This document shows, piece after piece, positions 1 through 8,335 of a stretch of 53,375 nucleotides of DNA (its first letter is position 1; every line of letters starts with the position of its first letter). Location: the IMG/VR virus record IMGVR_UViG_3300036816_000028, positions 1-53,375 of that record; one strand, given 5' to 3'. The position numbers were made by a program, and so were the translations under genes. The notes under the pieces were generated by a model. That model did no database searches. It saw only the letters and a program-made list of their open reading frames with translations, and had not been told where the DNA came from. Source of the stretch: a virus (Duplodnaviria; Caudoviricetes).

Positions 1-1
1 C

Positions 2-904
2 GACTACCGCGCAGAAGTCCACGCGGGTGCGGCCGTCCACGATGATGTTCTTCAGACCTTCGGTTTTGCCCGCGTTCGGAGCACCGGTGATCAGGTAGTG
101 GCCCAGCGGGCGCGACGTCGCGTCGTCCCCGCACATCCACACCGCCATGACGGAGCCGTCGGCCCGGCCGCCGTACACCAGCGGGCCGTCCGCGATGGAC
201 TTCCCGGGCATGCTGGGGCCCGTCCAGACCCGGACGGCGGTGGCGTCGTCAGACGGCTGGAAAGCCACCCTGACACGGTCAGCGCGGCCTTTGACGGGCG
301 TGACAGTCACGTCGTCAGCGCCCATTCCGACCGCGGAGGCGATGTTCTTCCGGGCGGCCACGACGTCGTCCGACGTGCCCTCTCCGGGCTTGAGCTGGAC
401 GTCCGCCTCCACTCGGCCGTCCTTCTCCGTGATCTTCTTCGTCCGGGCTCCGGCCAGGGCCGCCACCCGCTGGAACAGGGGGTCCTTCTCCCGGGTGGCC
501 TTGTCGGCTTCGTGCTGGGGCTGCATGGCGAAGTGCCGGAGGTTCCAGCACAGGGACAGGATCGGGGCACCTAGTGCCCACAGTTTGACCATCTCCGGGT
601 CCAGCGGGTTCCCGGCGCTGGCCAGGGTGAACCAGCCGGTCACGGCGCCGGTGAAGACGGTGGCCAGCGTCCGGGTGTACTCATGCCGGTTGCGCCAGGT
701 CAGGTGGGTGATGCCGGTCAGGACGACCGCTCCGGCGCCCATCCCGGCCGTCAGAGCCGGGTCCCCGTGGACTGCGAACTGGGCGGCCAGGGCTGCGGGC
801 ATGGCGCTGGCGGTGATGGCCCAGGGCTGCGCCCAGGCCGGGATGGGGCCGGAGCCTTGGGCGGTCTCCTGGCCCTTTGACCTGCTCTTCTTCTTGTCGG
901 ACAT
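2..904 (-). CDS. traB: FtsK/SpoIIIE-family conjugative DNA translocase TraB (N-terminal 301 aa; runs off window, absent from ORF track)
   Basis: Manually translated: ATG at 904 with AAGGAGG RBS, MSDKKKSRSK..., N-terminal hydrophobic helices, then GHYLITGAPNAGKT Walker A near 64-105; lies downstream of traA-like and spd-like genes as in Streptomyces plasmids. Confidence 0.8.
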   Translation of the reverse strand, partial: MSDKKKSRSKGQETAQGSGPIPAWAQPWAITASAMPAALAAQFAVHGDPALTAGMGAGAVVLTGITHLTWRNRHEYTRTLATVFTGAVTGWFTLASAGNPLDPEMVKLWALGAPILSLCWNLRHFAMQPQHEADKATREKDPLFQRVAALAGARTKKITEKDGRVEADVQLKPGEGTSDDVVAARKNIASAVGMGADDVTVTPVKGRADRVRVAFQPSDDATAVRVWTGPSMPGKSIADGPLVYGGRADGSVMAVWMCGDDATSRPLGHYLITGAPNAGKTEGLKNIIVDGRTRVDFCAVV

Positions 905-920
905 GGCTCCGGCCCTCCTT

Positions 921-1445
921 TCAGAGCTTGATCGAGAAGTGGCGGTTCTTCGGCTTGTCGGTGCCCTCCAGGAGTTCACCGAAGGCCGCTTCAAAGGCGG
1001 TCCAGACGCCGACGAACTCCCCGGCGTTCTCGGCGAACCCGTCTCCGATCTTGTTCAACCGCTTGGTGACCCGGCGCATCTTGAACACCGCGCCCCAGGA
1101 CCGGTTCTGACGACCCATCTCCTTCGCACCGGCGGTGAGTTCACCGGCGGCCAGGTGGGTCTCCACGGCCAGTCGGTGGCACAGCGCGCGGCCCATCTCG
1201 CAGAAGGCATGGAGGTCGTTTTGGTCGGACAGCTCCTGGTCCACAAAGCCCCTGATCAGGGCCGTAAGGTCCTTCGGGCTGGTGGCGGAGCCACCGGCGC
1301 CCCGGCCGGAGCCGGAGCTGGCCGGGAGGCCGTCTTCGCGCAGCCCGCGCGCCCGTGCGTCGGCCGCGTCCTTCGGGATGGTGCCGCGGGTGGTGTTGTC
1401 CCCCGGCTTCAGCTTCGCATCGGCCATGGCCTGCTCCTCCGTCAT
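921..1445 (-). CDS. traA: Plasmid transfer protein TraA-like (pSN22/pJV1 type)
   Basis: 174 aa, ATGA-coupled to upstream gene; DLHAFCE...KMRRVTKRLNK...VWTAFEAAF pattern and position directly before traB. Confidence 0.6.
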   Translation of the reverse strand: MTEEQAMADAKLKPGDNTTRGTIPKDAADARARGLREDGLPASSGSGRGAGGSATSPKDLTALIRGFVDQELSDQNDLHAFCEMGRALCHRLAVETHLAAGELTAGAKEMGRQNRSWGAVFKMRRVTKRLNKIGDGFAENAGEFVGVWTAFEAAFGELLEGTDKPKNRHFSIKL

Positions 1446-2326
1446 GCGCTCTGGGCAAGCGCGCTGCGCGCCCGCCGGATGCTGGTGTTCATGGTGTTGG
1501 GCTTCGTGTCCTGGCCGAAGCTGTCCCGGATCATGTCCTTGATCACGTCGTCCGGGGTGTCCTCACCCTGGGACAGGATCTCCAGGACGAAGGACTTCAT
1601 GGAGCCGTTCCGGATGGCCCGTGTCCCCGCGGGGACAGGAGCGGTGTCCTTGTCCTCCATGGCTGCGGGGACAGGCTCTGCGGTGGGGACAACTGCCGGG
1701 GACAGTTCGGGGACCGCCGGGACAGCAGCCGCGGGGACAGGCTCAGCAGCCGGGGACACCGGCGCGGTGTCTGCGGGGACAACCGGGCTGTCCTGCGGGA
1801 CAGCGGGGACACCGCCGACGAAGGACACGGCCTGGGACAGGACACGGACGCCGGTCGGGGACGCGGCCAGGTGGAGCAGGTGGCCGAAGACCAGGGCCGG
1901 AATGCAGGAGATCGTGACCGTCAGCGTCTGGTGGTAGGTCCAAGCGTTGCCCGGCTGCCAGCCGGAGCCGTACAGGTGCGCGATGGGCTGGGCGGCCATG
2001 GCCAGCGTGATGGACGCGATGGCACCCCCGACGGCCGTGCGCTTGCCCGGCGCCCCCTTGGGCCGCTTCGTGGCCACGACGGCGGCCACACCGGCGTACA
2101 TGGTCAGCACTGCGGGCATGCCCCAGGCCAGCCAGTCGGTCCACCCGGCCAGGTGCGCCAGGAAGTGCTCCCCGGGGGCGGACATCACCAGGACGATGAC
2201 GGCCACGGCGGGCCGGACCCAGTCCTGAATCCAGCCGACCCAGAGCGGGTTACCGTCGTGGTCGGTGCGGGACAGGACAGGGACACGGGTGGCGTCGGGA
2301 ACGGTGTCCTTCTGCTTCCGGAACAT
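1442..2326 (-). CDS. Spd-like (plasmid spread) membrane protein with Pro/Ala linker and C-terminal HTH-like domain
   Basis: ATG 2326 with GAGGAGG RBS; about 4 TM helices (SAPGEHFLAHLAGW...LAMAAQPIAHL...IPALVFGHLLHLA), VPA-rich linker, helical basic C-terminus. Confidence 0.65.
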   Translation of the reverse strand: MFRKQKDTVPDATRVPVLSRTDHDGNPLWVGWIQDWVRPAVAVIVLVMSAPGEHFLAHLAGWTDWLAWGMPAVLTMYAGVAAVVATKRPKGAPGKRTAVGGAIASITLAMAAQPIAHLYGSGWQPGNAWTYHQTLTVTISCIPALVFGHLLHLAASPTGVRVLSQAVSFVGGVPAVPQDSPVVPADTAPVSPAAEPVPAAAVPAVPELSPAVVPTAEPVPAAMEDKDTAPVPAGTRAIRNGSMKSFVLEILSQGEDTPDDVIKDMIRDSFGQDTKPNTMNTSIRRARSALAQSA

Positions 2327-2441
2327 GGTGTCCTCCTCTTCAGGGACAGACTTTGATTTAGTCGTCCCAGTAAAAGGGACAGTCCCCGGACTGTCAAGGA
2401 CAGCCGGGGACTGATTCGGGGGACAGGGACAGAAGGACAGA

Positions 2442-2846
2442 TCAGGGGTGTCCCTGGGGGACATACGGGCGGGGACGGCGTGTCCTCCAATGCGTCCCGT
2501 CGAAGAATTGTCCCCGCTGTCCCCAGGACGTCATGTGCCAGGGGGTGTCCCCGCTGTCCTGGGTGTCCTCCGTGGAGTCGTCCCCGCTGTCCTGGCCGGG
2601 GACAGGGCCGATCAGCGGTTCCGGGGACAGGCCGTCCTCCACCGGCGGGACGAAGTCCTGTCCCGCCGGAAGGGAGGACAGAGCCAGGGACGCCCGGGAC
2701 ACCGCGGCGCGGAGTCCGGAGAACGCCTCCACGATGGCGGCCATGGTCGCCGACGCCTGGCGGACCCGGTACGGCTCCAGCTTCTGCGCGTCCTTGATCC
2801 ACTGGGACACGGGAGCGCCGTGTCCTCCAGCCGTGTCCCTGCTCAC
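2442..2846 (-). CDS. Hypothetical protein (motif-rich DNA)
   Basis: GTGA overlap with upstream stop; 134 aa. Confidence 0.5.
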   Translation of the reverse strand: MSRDTAGGHGAPVSQWIKDAQKLEPYRVRQASATMAAIVEAFSGLRAAVSRASLALSSLPAGQDFVPPVEDGLSPEPLIGPVPGQDSGDDSTEDTQDSGDTPWHMTSWGQRGQFFDGTHWRTRRPRPYVPQGHP

Positions 2847-3070
2847 CGGACATCGTCCTTCGTGGCGCCCTTGACGATGCCGACCGCCGGGACAGCCGGA
2901 TCGTGGACTTCCAGGGAGACCTCCTTCAGGACACCGCTCCAGCGGATCGTCCCGGACACCCGCTCCAGTCCCCCGGCGCCCTTCGCCCGTGCCGACGCAC
3001 AGAAGCGCTCCAGGTCCACCAGAGTGATCCAGCCCTGCTTCTCACTGACCGTCGTGTGGCTGGTAGCCAT
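2843..3070 (-). CDS. Hypothetical protein (75 aa)
   Basis: ATG 3070 with GGAGG upstream; coupled to next gene. Confidence 0.6.
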   Translation of the reverse strand: MATSHTTVSEKQGWITLVDLERFCASARAKGAGGLERVSGTIRWSGVLKEVSLEVHDPAVPAVGIVKGATKDDVR

Positions 3071-3266
3071 CTCCGTCCAACCTCCATTCCGTGTACAGGA
3101 AGTCCCGCGGGACAGTTCCCGCAGGGATCGATTCGTCCCGCTGGAGGACGATCGACATAAGGCGGCCGACATCCAGTTCTTTCGGGGACTGGACGACCCC
3201 TCCGACGCGCGCCGGGTCGTCGTCGCTCCCCACATCCATGGAGTAGACGTAGACCGCCCGTCCCAT
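3042..3266 (-). CDS. Hypothetical protein (74 aa)
   Basis: TGATG overlap with upstream stop; MGRAVYVYSMD... Confidence 0.5.
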   Translation of the reverse strand: MGRAVYVYSMDVGSDDDPARVGGVVQSPKELDVGRLMSIVLQRDESIPAGTVPRDFLYTEWRLDGDGYQPHDGQ

Positions 3267-3565
3267 CACTCCACGCTCCAGCGCTTCTCCGACAGGTCCA
3301 CGTCGTCGGACATGCCGGTCAGCTCCCGGAGCCAGAAGACCAGGACGGCCCGGTCCCTGGCCGACATCGCGCGCAGCGCCAGGACGGCGCCGGGGTAGTC
3401 CCCGTCCGTCACCGCGTTGAACGCCTCCAGCTCCAGCCGGACCGGCACGGACGTGGCCTTCAGAGACCGCATCTCCCCCGCCGACCTGACCGCCTCCGCG
3501 TCGGCCGCGGAGCCGACTCCGCCCAGTTCCAGCGGCTGGCGGTCGCGCTTCCACCACTTCTTCAC
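3266..3565 (-). CDS. Hypothetical protein (99 aa)
   Basis: GTG 3565 preceded by GGAAGGTAGGAAGATC; high GC3 codon usage. Confidence 0.6.
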   Translation of the reverse strand: MKKWWKRDRQPLELGGVGSAADAEAVRSAGEMRSLKATSVPVRLELEAFNAVTDGDYPGAVLALRAMSARDRAVLVFWLRELTGMSDDVDLSEKRWSVE

Positions 3566-3572
3566 GATCTTC

Positions 3573-4241
3573 CTACCTTCCCCGGTCCGGCCGACCGGCG
3601 GTGGACGTGCCCGGGTGGCTGTACCACTTCCAGGTGACACGGTTGATGTGCTCGAACTTCGCTCCGCCGTCCAGGAGCCTGATCAGGTAATCCTCATCCT
3701 CTCCGCGGTACCGGCCATCCTGGAGCCGGTACCCGTCGCGGAAGCCCCCGGCGGCGCGGACGGCTTCGGTCCTCACCAGATGGGTCATCGGGATGAAGGA
3801 GCCCTGGCGCCGAAGGTGCGCTTCCTGCTCCTTTCCGAAGCGGATTCCCCAGGGCGCCCGGATCTGCCCCTGGAAGGTCACGGCCGTGGGGTCGGGACCG
3901 CCGATCATCTTCGGGGACGGGTAGACCAGATCGACGGCCGGGTCCGCCTCCAGGACGCGCATGCACGCCAGGATGTGGTGGGGCAGGAGTTCGTCGTCAT
4001 CGTCCAGCCAGGCCACCACGTCCGTGGCTACCCGCTCCAGCGCCCGGTTCCTCGCCTCCGCGGCGCCGGTGCGCTCCGCGTCGTACTCCGCCACCACCTG
4101 GTCCGGGAACCGGCGCTGGGCGCGTACAGAAGCCATGGCGCGCTCGAACAGCGCTTCCCGGCCGGGGATGGTAGGAATGACGATCGCCACCGTGAGCCGC
4201 TTCGGGTTCGGGCGCCCGGCGCGCCGCTTCGCCTCACCCAC
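3573..4241 (-). CDS. Glycosyltransferase family 2 (GT-A fold)
   Basis: VAIVIPT, GAAEARNRAL, WLDDDD (DxD), EDEDY motifs. Confidence 0.88.
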   Translation of the reverse strand: MGEAKRRAGRPNPKRLTVAIVIPTIPGREALFERAMASVRAQRRFPDQVVAEYDAERTGAAEARNRALERVATDVVAWLDDDDELLPHHILACMRVLEADPAVDLVYPSPKMIGGPDPTAVTFQGQIRAPWGIRFGKEQEAHLRRQGSFIPMTHLVRTEAVRAAGGFRDGYRLQDGRYRGEDEDYLIRLLDGGAKFEHINRVTWKWYSHPGTSTAGRPDRGR

Positions 4242-4503
4242 GGCCGGGCTTCCCCAGTACCTGGCTGATCTCCTCCGGCGTCATCTCCCGGCCGAAGGGC
4301 TGTTCCGGCGCAGTGAAGTCCACGTGGATGGCGGACACCGTCAGGGCCACCGTGTGGCCGCTGGCGTCGCTGTGCGCCCGCATCCACGCGGAGACGTCGT
4401 CCCAGGCCGTCCCGGTGTCGTTCTCCTTGCAGCCCAGGCACAGGGCCACGTAGAGCGGAATCGAGTCGGCCGGGGTCTTCCTCTTCTGCTCTCCCCAGGG
4501 CAT
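4234..4503 (-). CDS. Hypothetical protein, possible CxxC/His zinc finger (89 aa)
   Basis: TAATG overlap with epimerase stop; CLGC...H...GH. Confidence 0.6.
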   Translation of the reverse strand: MPWGEQKRKTPADSIPLYVALCLGCKENDTGTAWDDVSAWMRAHSDASGHTVALTVSAIHVDFTAPEQPFGREMTPEEISQVLGKPGRG

Positions 4504-5408
4504 TACGCCTCCTTTCTGAAACACCGGGCCACACCCTGTTCCAGCGTGACCTCCGGCGTGTAGTAGCGGAGCATCTTCGACGGGTCCCCGACCCGGTAGG
4601 CGACGCCGGTGGGCTTCCCGGGGTCGGCCGTGATGGACGCCGGGATGTAGCCCGCGGCAGCCGTGACCAGCTCCGCCAGCTCCCGGAACGACGTGGCCCG
4701 GCCGGTGCACAGGTTCACCGGATCGGTCACGTCCGCGTCGGCCAGCGCCATGACTCCCTTCACGATGTCGTCCACGTGGATGAAGTCCCGGACGCAGTCC
4801 CCGCACCACGTCGGGAACGGGTCCTCCCGGCGCCGTGCGCGCTCCACGAAGGCGCGGAAGGGGTAGGTGTCGTCCTGGTCCTCCCCGTAGCCGGAGAAGG
4901 GCCGTACGACCGTCACCGGGACACCGCTGGCGCGGAGCGATCCGGACAGCGCTTCGCCGACCACCTTCGACCAGCCGTACACCTGGTCCGGCGGGACCGC
5001 CGGACACGGGTCGTCTCCGTCGTGCTCGCTGAGCCAGGTCGGGGCAGTCGCACTCTGGTAGGCCGCCGGGTACATGGCGGAGGAGCTGAAGTAGACCACC
5101 CGGCCGGGCTTCGCCTTCGCGGCCCAGCGGAACATTTCGGCGTCGATGGCCAGGTTCACCGCGGTCTCCAGCGGGGAGCCGTCGATGACCTCCCGGCCGC
5201 CGACCACGGCCGCCGCGTGGACGACCAGGTCCCAGCGCCTGACGTCCCGGCCGCCGCGTTGAGCGTCCCGGAAGTAGTGGACGCAGTCCTGGGAGGAGGA
5301 GCGCTTCGTGTCCAGGCCGGTCACGGAGTACCCGCGTCGGACCAGCTCCGCGATGAAGTGGCGGCCCAGGAAGCCCAGGTCACCGGTCACCAGTGCTTCC
5401 ACGATCAC
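4503..5408 (-). CDS. NAD-dependent NDP-sugar epimerase/dehydratase (extended SDR)
   Basis: LVTGDLGFLG (GxxGxxG), FSSSAMY, YGWSK (YxxxK), RPFSGYG, RDFIHVDD. Confidence 0.92.
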   Translation of the reverse strand: MIVEALVTGDLGFLGRHFIAELVRRGYSVTGLDTKRSSSQDCVHYFRDAQRGGRDVRRWDLVVHAAAVVGGREVIDGSPLETAVNLAIDAEMFRWAAKAKPGRVVYFSSSAMYPAAYQSATAPTWLSEHDGDDPCPAVPPDQVYGWSKVVGEALSGSLRASGVPVTVVRPFSGYGEDQDDTYPFRAFVERARRREDPFPTWCGDCVRDFIHVDDIVKGVMALADADVTDPVNLCTGRATSFRELAELVTAAAGYIPASITADPGKPTGVAYRVGDPSKMLRYYTPEVTLEQGVARCFRKEA

Positions 5409-5611
5409 CACTCCCCTTTGAAGTGCGGCGCGTTCGCCGAAAGGTACTGGTTGTCGGTCAGCGGACGGGCGATGGTCCAGGAGCGCCGCGGGTGAAGCGT
5501 CTTCGGCGCGTAGCAGTGTCGGCAGATCCACCGGCGCCAGCCGCGCGGTTCGAACGGGTGGGGCTCCACCTTGGACGGGTGGATCTTCGTAACGTCGGGC
5601 TTCCTCACCAT
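5405..5611 (-). CDS. Small hypothetical protein with H...CxxC...H motif
   Basis: Fills gap with overlaps at both ends; HPF...CRHC...HP. Confidence 0.55.
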   Translation of the reverse strand: MVRKPDVTKIHPSKVEPHPFEPRGWRRWICRHCYAPKTLHPRRSWTIARPLTDNQYLSANAPHFKGEW

Positions 5612-6213
5612 GCGCTCCCACTCCCCGACGTGTTGCCGCCGTGCCAGCGCCACTCCCAGGTCCGGGCGTAGTGGTGGACGAACTTGGCGCCTTCGTTCAG
5701 ACACTTGATCCACATGCCCCAGTCCTCACAGGGGTTGCCCGGATCGCCCCGGTGCTCGAACCCGCCGACGTGGTGGAGCAGGGACGTCCGCGCCAGGACC
5801 GTGATCGGGATGTAGTTCTGGTGGCTGCGGATCGTCTCCGCGTCGAACTCCCGGCCTTCGTACTGCGGGAACGGATCGGTTCCTACCGGCAGGTCGAACC
5901 AGGGGTACACCACGTCCGCGTTAGTGTCCCTGGCGGTCTCCAGGAGCGCTTCCACGTGGTGCGGGTACCAACGGTCGTCGGAGTCGAGAAAGGCCGCCCA
6001 CTCCGCCGTGACGCCCGCCAGGGCCCGGGTCCTGGTGACGGCCGCACCGTCGTGTTCGGTGTCCACCGCCACATGGATGGCGTCCACCGGCCGGGACTGC
6101 GCGGTGACGGAGACCAGGGCGTCGATCAGCATGCCGTTCGCCACGTTCGGCGCGTGGACGGGGATGACGGCAGCCACTTGGCCGCGCCGGTACGGCCACG
6201 CGGTCCCGTTCAC
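5605..6213 (-). CDS. Glycosyltransferase family 2 (paralog of 3573-4241)
   Basis: GTGA-coupled start; VIPVH, GAAVTRTRAL, FLDSDD, CEDWGMW. Confidence 0.88.
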   Translation of the reverse strand: MNGTAWPYRRGQVAAVIPVHAPNVANGMLIDALVSVTAQSRPVDAIHVAVDTEHDGAAVTRTRALAGVTAEWAAFLDSDDRWYPHHVEALLETARDTNADVVYPWFDLPVGTDPFPQYEGREFDAETIRSHQNYIPITVLARTSLLHHVGGFEHRGDPGNPCEDWGMWIKCLNEGAKFVHHYARTWEWRWHGGNTSGSGSAW

Positions 6214-6899
6214 CCCTCCACCGCCCAGCGGATCAAGTCGGCATCGGCCGTCAGGCGTCCGTCCGCTTCGTACGCCAGCCAGAAGGCCCGGTCCGCGCTG
6301 TCCACCGCGGGCGCGTTGGCCTCCCGGTAGCCGTCGTCCATGGCGGCCTTCCCCGCGGCCGGGTGAAGGTGCTCGATCACCGTGTCCGGCAAGTAGACCA
6401 GCGTGCCCAGGGCTTCGCCCAGCGCCTTCCAGTAGTTGTCCAGGTACAGGTGGACCATCCCCGGCGGGACCATGGAGCGCAGCGCCCGGACGATCCGCGC
6501 GTCCATGAAGACGGCAGTCGGCAGGTTGGCTCCCTGGAGCAGGTCGTTCCCGTAGACGATCCGCGGCGTGCCGTCGGCGCCGTCCTTCAGGGCGTGAAGG
6601 ACGGCCAGATCCCAGCCGGGCGTGACCGGGAGGTGGTCGTCCCCCATGAAGCCCAGGGCGTCGTAGCTGTCCATGGCCTCCACCGCCATCATGTTCAGCG
6701 TCGGGCCCAGCCGCTGCCGGTGGATGACGGCCAGGTTGGACAGCCCCAACCGGCAGTAGTCCATGCACTTCGGGTCGTCGTCGTCCACGACGAACCGGAA
6801 GGACACGTCCGTCCCGGCGGCCGTCTCCTGCCAGGTCTTCTCCAGCCGGTCCGCGTTCTCCGGGCGCCCGCGGGACGGCACGATCACCAGCATCTTCAC
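6210..6899 (-). CDS. Glycosyltransferase-like protein (GT-A fold)
   Basis: VIVPSRGRP, FVVDDDD, GFMGDDH, HLYLDN, IEHLH motifs typical of actinophage glycosyltransferases. Confidence 0.75.
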   Translation of the reverse strand: MKMLVIVPSRGRPENADRLEKTWQETAAGTDVSFRFVVDDDDPKCMDYCRLGLSNLAVIHRQRLGPTLNMMAVEAMDSYDALGFMGDDHLPVTPGWDLAVLHALKDGADGTPRIVYGNDLLQGANLPTAVFMDARIVRALRSMVPPGMVHLYLDNYWKALGEALGTLVYLPDTVIEHLHPAAGKAAMDDGYREANAPAVDSADRAFWLAYEADGRLTADADLIRWAVEG

Positions 6900-7138
6900 G
6901 CGGGCTCCTCCACGATCGTCCAGACGTTGTCCCCGACGCCGGAGACAGTCCGCCGGACCATTCCCGCGGTGGACAGCCGGGTCAGGGCAAGGTAGGTGAG
7001 CTGGGGGGAGATCGACAGAGCCTCCGCGATCTCGTTCCGGCTCTTCGGTCCGTTCTCTGCCAGGAAGGCGCGGATCGTCGCGTCACGCCGGACGGTTGTG
7101 TCCGGCCTGGGGCGCCCGCGCTGGGCCTTTTCGGCCAT
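6896..7138 (-). CDS. Winged helix-turn-helix DNA-binding protein
   Basis: AAAGGAG RBS; RGRPRP AT-hook-like, GPKSRNEIAEALSIS...LTRLSTAGMVRR. Confidence 0.8.
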   Translation of the reverse strand: MAEKAQRGRPRPDTTVRRDATIRAFLAENGPKSRNEIAEALSISPQLTYLALTRLSTAGMVRRTVSGVGDNVWTIVEEPA

Positions 7139-7192
7139 CACCGGCTCCTTTCGTTTCATCGGTTCGCTTAACTGTAGCTTGACCAGCCGGTT

Positions 7193-7873
7193 TCAGTGGC
7201 TGGCGTACACCGGCTCCATGAAGCGGTAGAGCCCGTACAGGTCTCCGGGGGTGACGTATCCCGGCCAACGACCATCAACGAACAGGTGCCAGCCGCTGAC
7301 GTCAGCCGCGCGATCGGCCAATTGGCTGCAAATCATGTGGTTACTGGTCTCCACGAAGTGCTTCAGGCCCGGCGCGGGGATGTGGAAGCGGTGCGCCGCC
7401 AGCGCGAAGTAGTCGGCCACGCTGTAGGGCGTGCCGACCAGATCCAGGGCCGCCCCCGCCACGGCCGACCGCAAGTCGTCCGGGCAGCGGAGGTAGACCG
7501 GGTCCAGCCCGTCGTAGCGGGACAGCGGAGAGAGCAGGGCGCCCCCGGGCATGGCCTCCACGATCTTCATCCCGTCGGCCACGTCCCGGTCCTCTCCGCG
7601 GACGTGGATACCGGCCACGACGAAGGCGTGTTCGTAGTCGGCGAAGCCGTCACCGTTGAACCACTGGCCCAGCCGGATGGCCGCACCCCCGGCGCCGGTC
7701 ATGTGGACGATGCCGATGTCTCCGGGCTTCGGCACGTAGGGCAGAGTCCCACCCGCCATGCGCATAACCGCTTCGCTGATCTCCTCCACCTCTTCCTTCG
7801 GGGTTCCGGGAATCGTTCGCAACCGGTGCACGGCGGTTCCGAACGAAACGTCTTCCTTGTCGTCATCGGACAT
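7193..7873 (-). CDS. Permuted papain-like NlpC/P60 amidase (YiiX/YebB-like)
   Basis: PGDIG, YEHAF (His first), VEAMPGG, GTPYS, ICSQL (Cys), VTPGDL. Confidence 0.75.
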   Translation of the reverse strand: MSDDDKEDVSFGTAVHRLRTIPGTPKEEVEEISEAVMRMAGGTLPYVPKPGDIGIVHMTGAGGAAIRLGQWFNGDGFADYEHAFVVAGIHVRGEDRDVADGMKIVEAMPGGALLSPLSRYDGLDPVYLRCPDDLRSAVAGAALDLVGTPYSVADYFALAAHRFHIPAPGLKHFVETSNHMICSQLADRAADVSGWHLFVDGRWPGYVTPGDLYGLYRFMEPVYASH

Positions 7874-7903
7874 GATCGAGTCCTTTCGGGTCAGAAACCT
7901 GGA

Positions 7904-7950
7904 CGGCCCGCGGTGGTGAGGGTGGGAGGTCACCTCACGACCGCGGGCCG
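7904..7950. terminator. Stem-loop (terminator/attenuator-like)
   Basis: CGGCCCGCGGT...ACCGCGGGCCG 11-bp arms with further inner pairing. Confidence 0.55.
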
Positions 7951-7984
7951 CTTGTTGCAGGTGGATCGGTGGTGCGTCGGCCGT

Positions 7985-8080
7985 TCAGCGGCCCTTGCCG
8001 TTGCCGGACTCCGTCGGACGCGGTCCGCTCGGCTCCGTGGTGCAGCCGCCCTTGCGGCAACCGGGGATCGAACAACTCAT
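7985..8080 (-). CDS. 31-aa Cys-containing peptide MSCSIPGCRKGGCTTEPSGPRPTESGNGKGR
   Basis: GGAGG RBS; upstream TTCCCC-N17-TATATT promoter-like element; below ORF-track cutoff. Confidence 0.5.
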   Translation of the reverse strand: MSCSIPGCRKGGCTTEPSGPRPTESGNGKGR

Positions 8081-8149
8081 GGGCCCCTCCATCGGTAGAT
8101 TTCATTTGATCGAGACGAATATATCGCTCTACCGGCCGGAGGGGAAGAC

Positions 8150-8335
8150 CTAGCGCTTCGCGCCCTTCAGCTTCCGGTGCGCCGGGCAGATGTCGCGCCC
8201 CAGCTTGTCCCGGCGCCAGCCGTCGATCCGGGCGAGTTTTTGGGCTTGGACCGCGGTAAGTCGTGCCCATCCGGCGTGATGTTCCGCTGGGCACAGATCA
8301 CACCGGACCGTCACCCGGTCCTGGTTCCAGCTCAC
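8150..8335 (-). CDS. Small zinc-finger protein (61 aa)
   Basis: GTGA overlap; CDLC...GW...DICPAH pattern common in actinophages. Confidence 0.65.
   Translation of the reverse strand: MSWNQDRVTVRCDLCPAEHHAGWARLTAVQAQKLARIDGWRRDKLGRDICPAHRKLKGAKR

Larger units (their letters stand above)
1507..3114. repeat. Dense field of GGACA/TGTCC (often GGGGACA) motifs on both strands
   Basis: About 55 copies by manual count in ~1.6 kb versus roughly 3 expected at 70% GC; overlaps coding and intergenic DNA. Confidence 0.9.

Noticed and set aside
147-1937. 596-aa plus-strand ORF
   Set aside because: Antisense shadow of traB/traA/spd; no motifs, typical high-GC artefact
1507-3114. CRISPR array
   Set aside because: Motifs are 5-7 bp, irregularly spaced and on both strands; no 25-40 bp repeats with spacers and no cas genes
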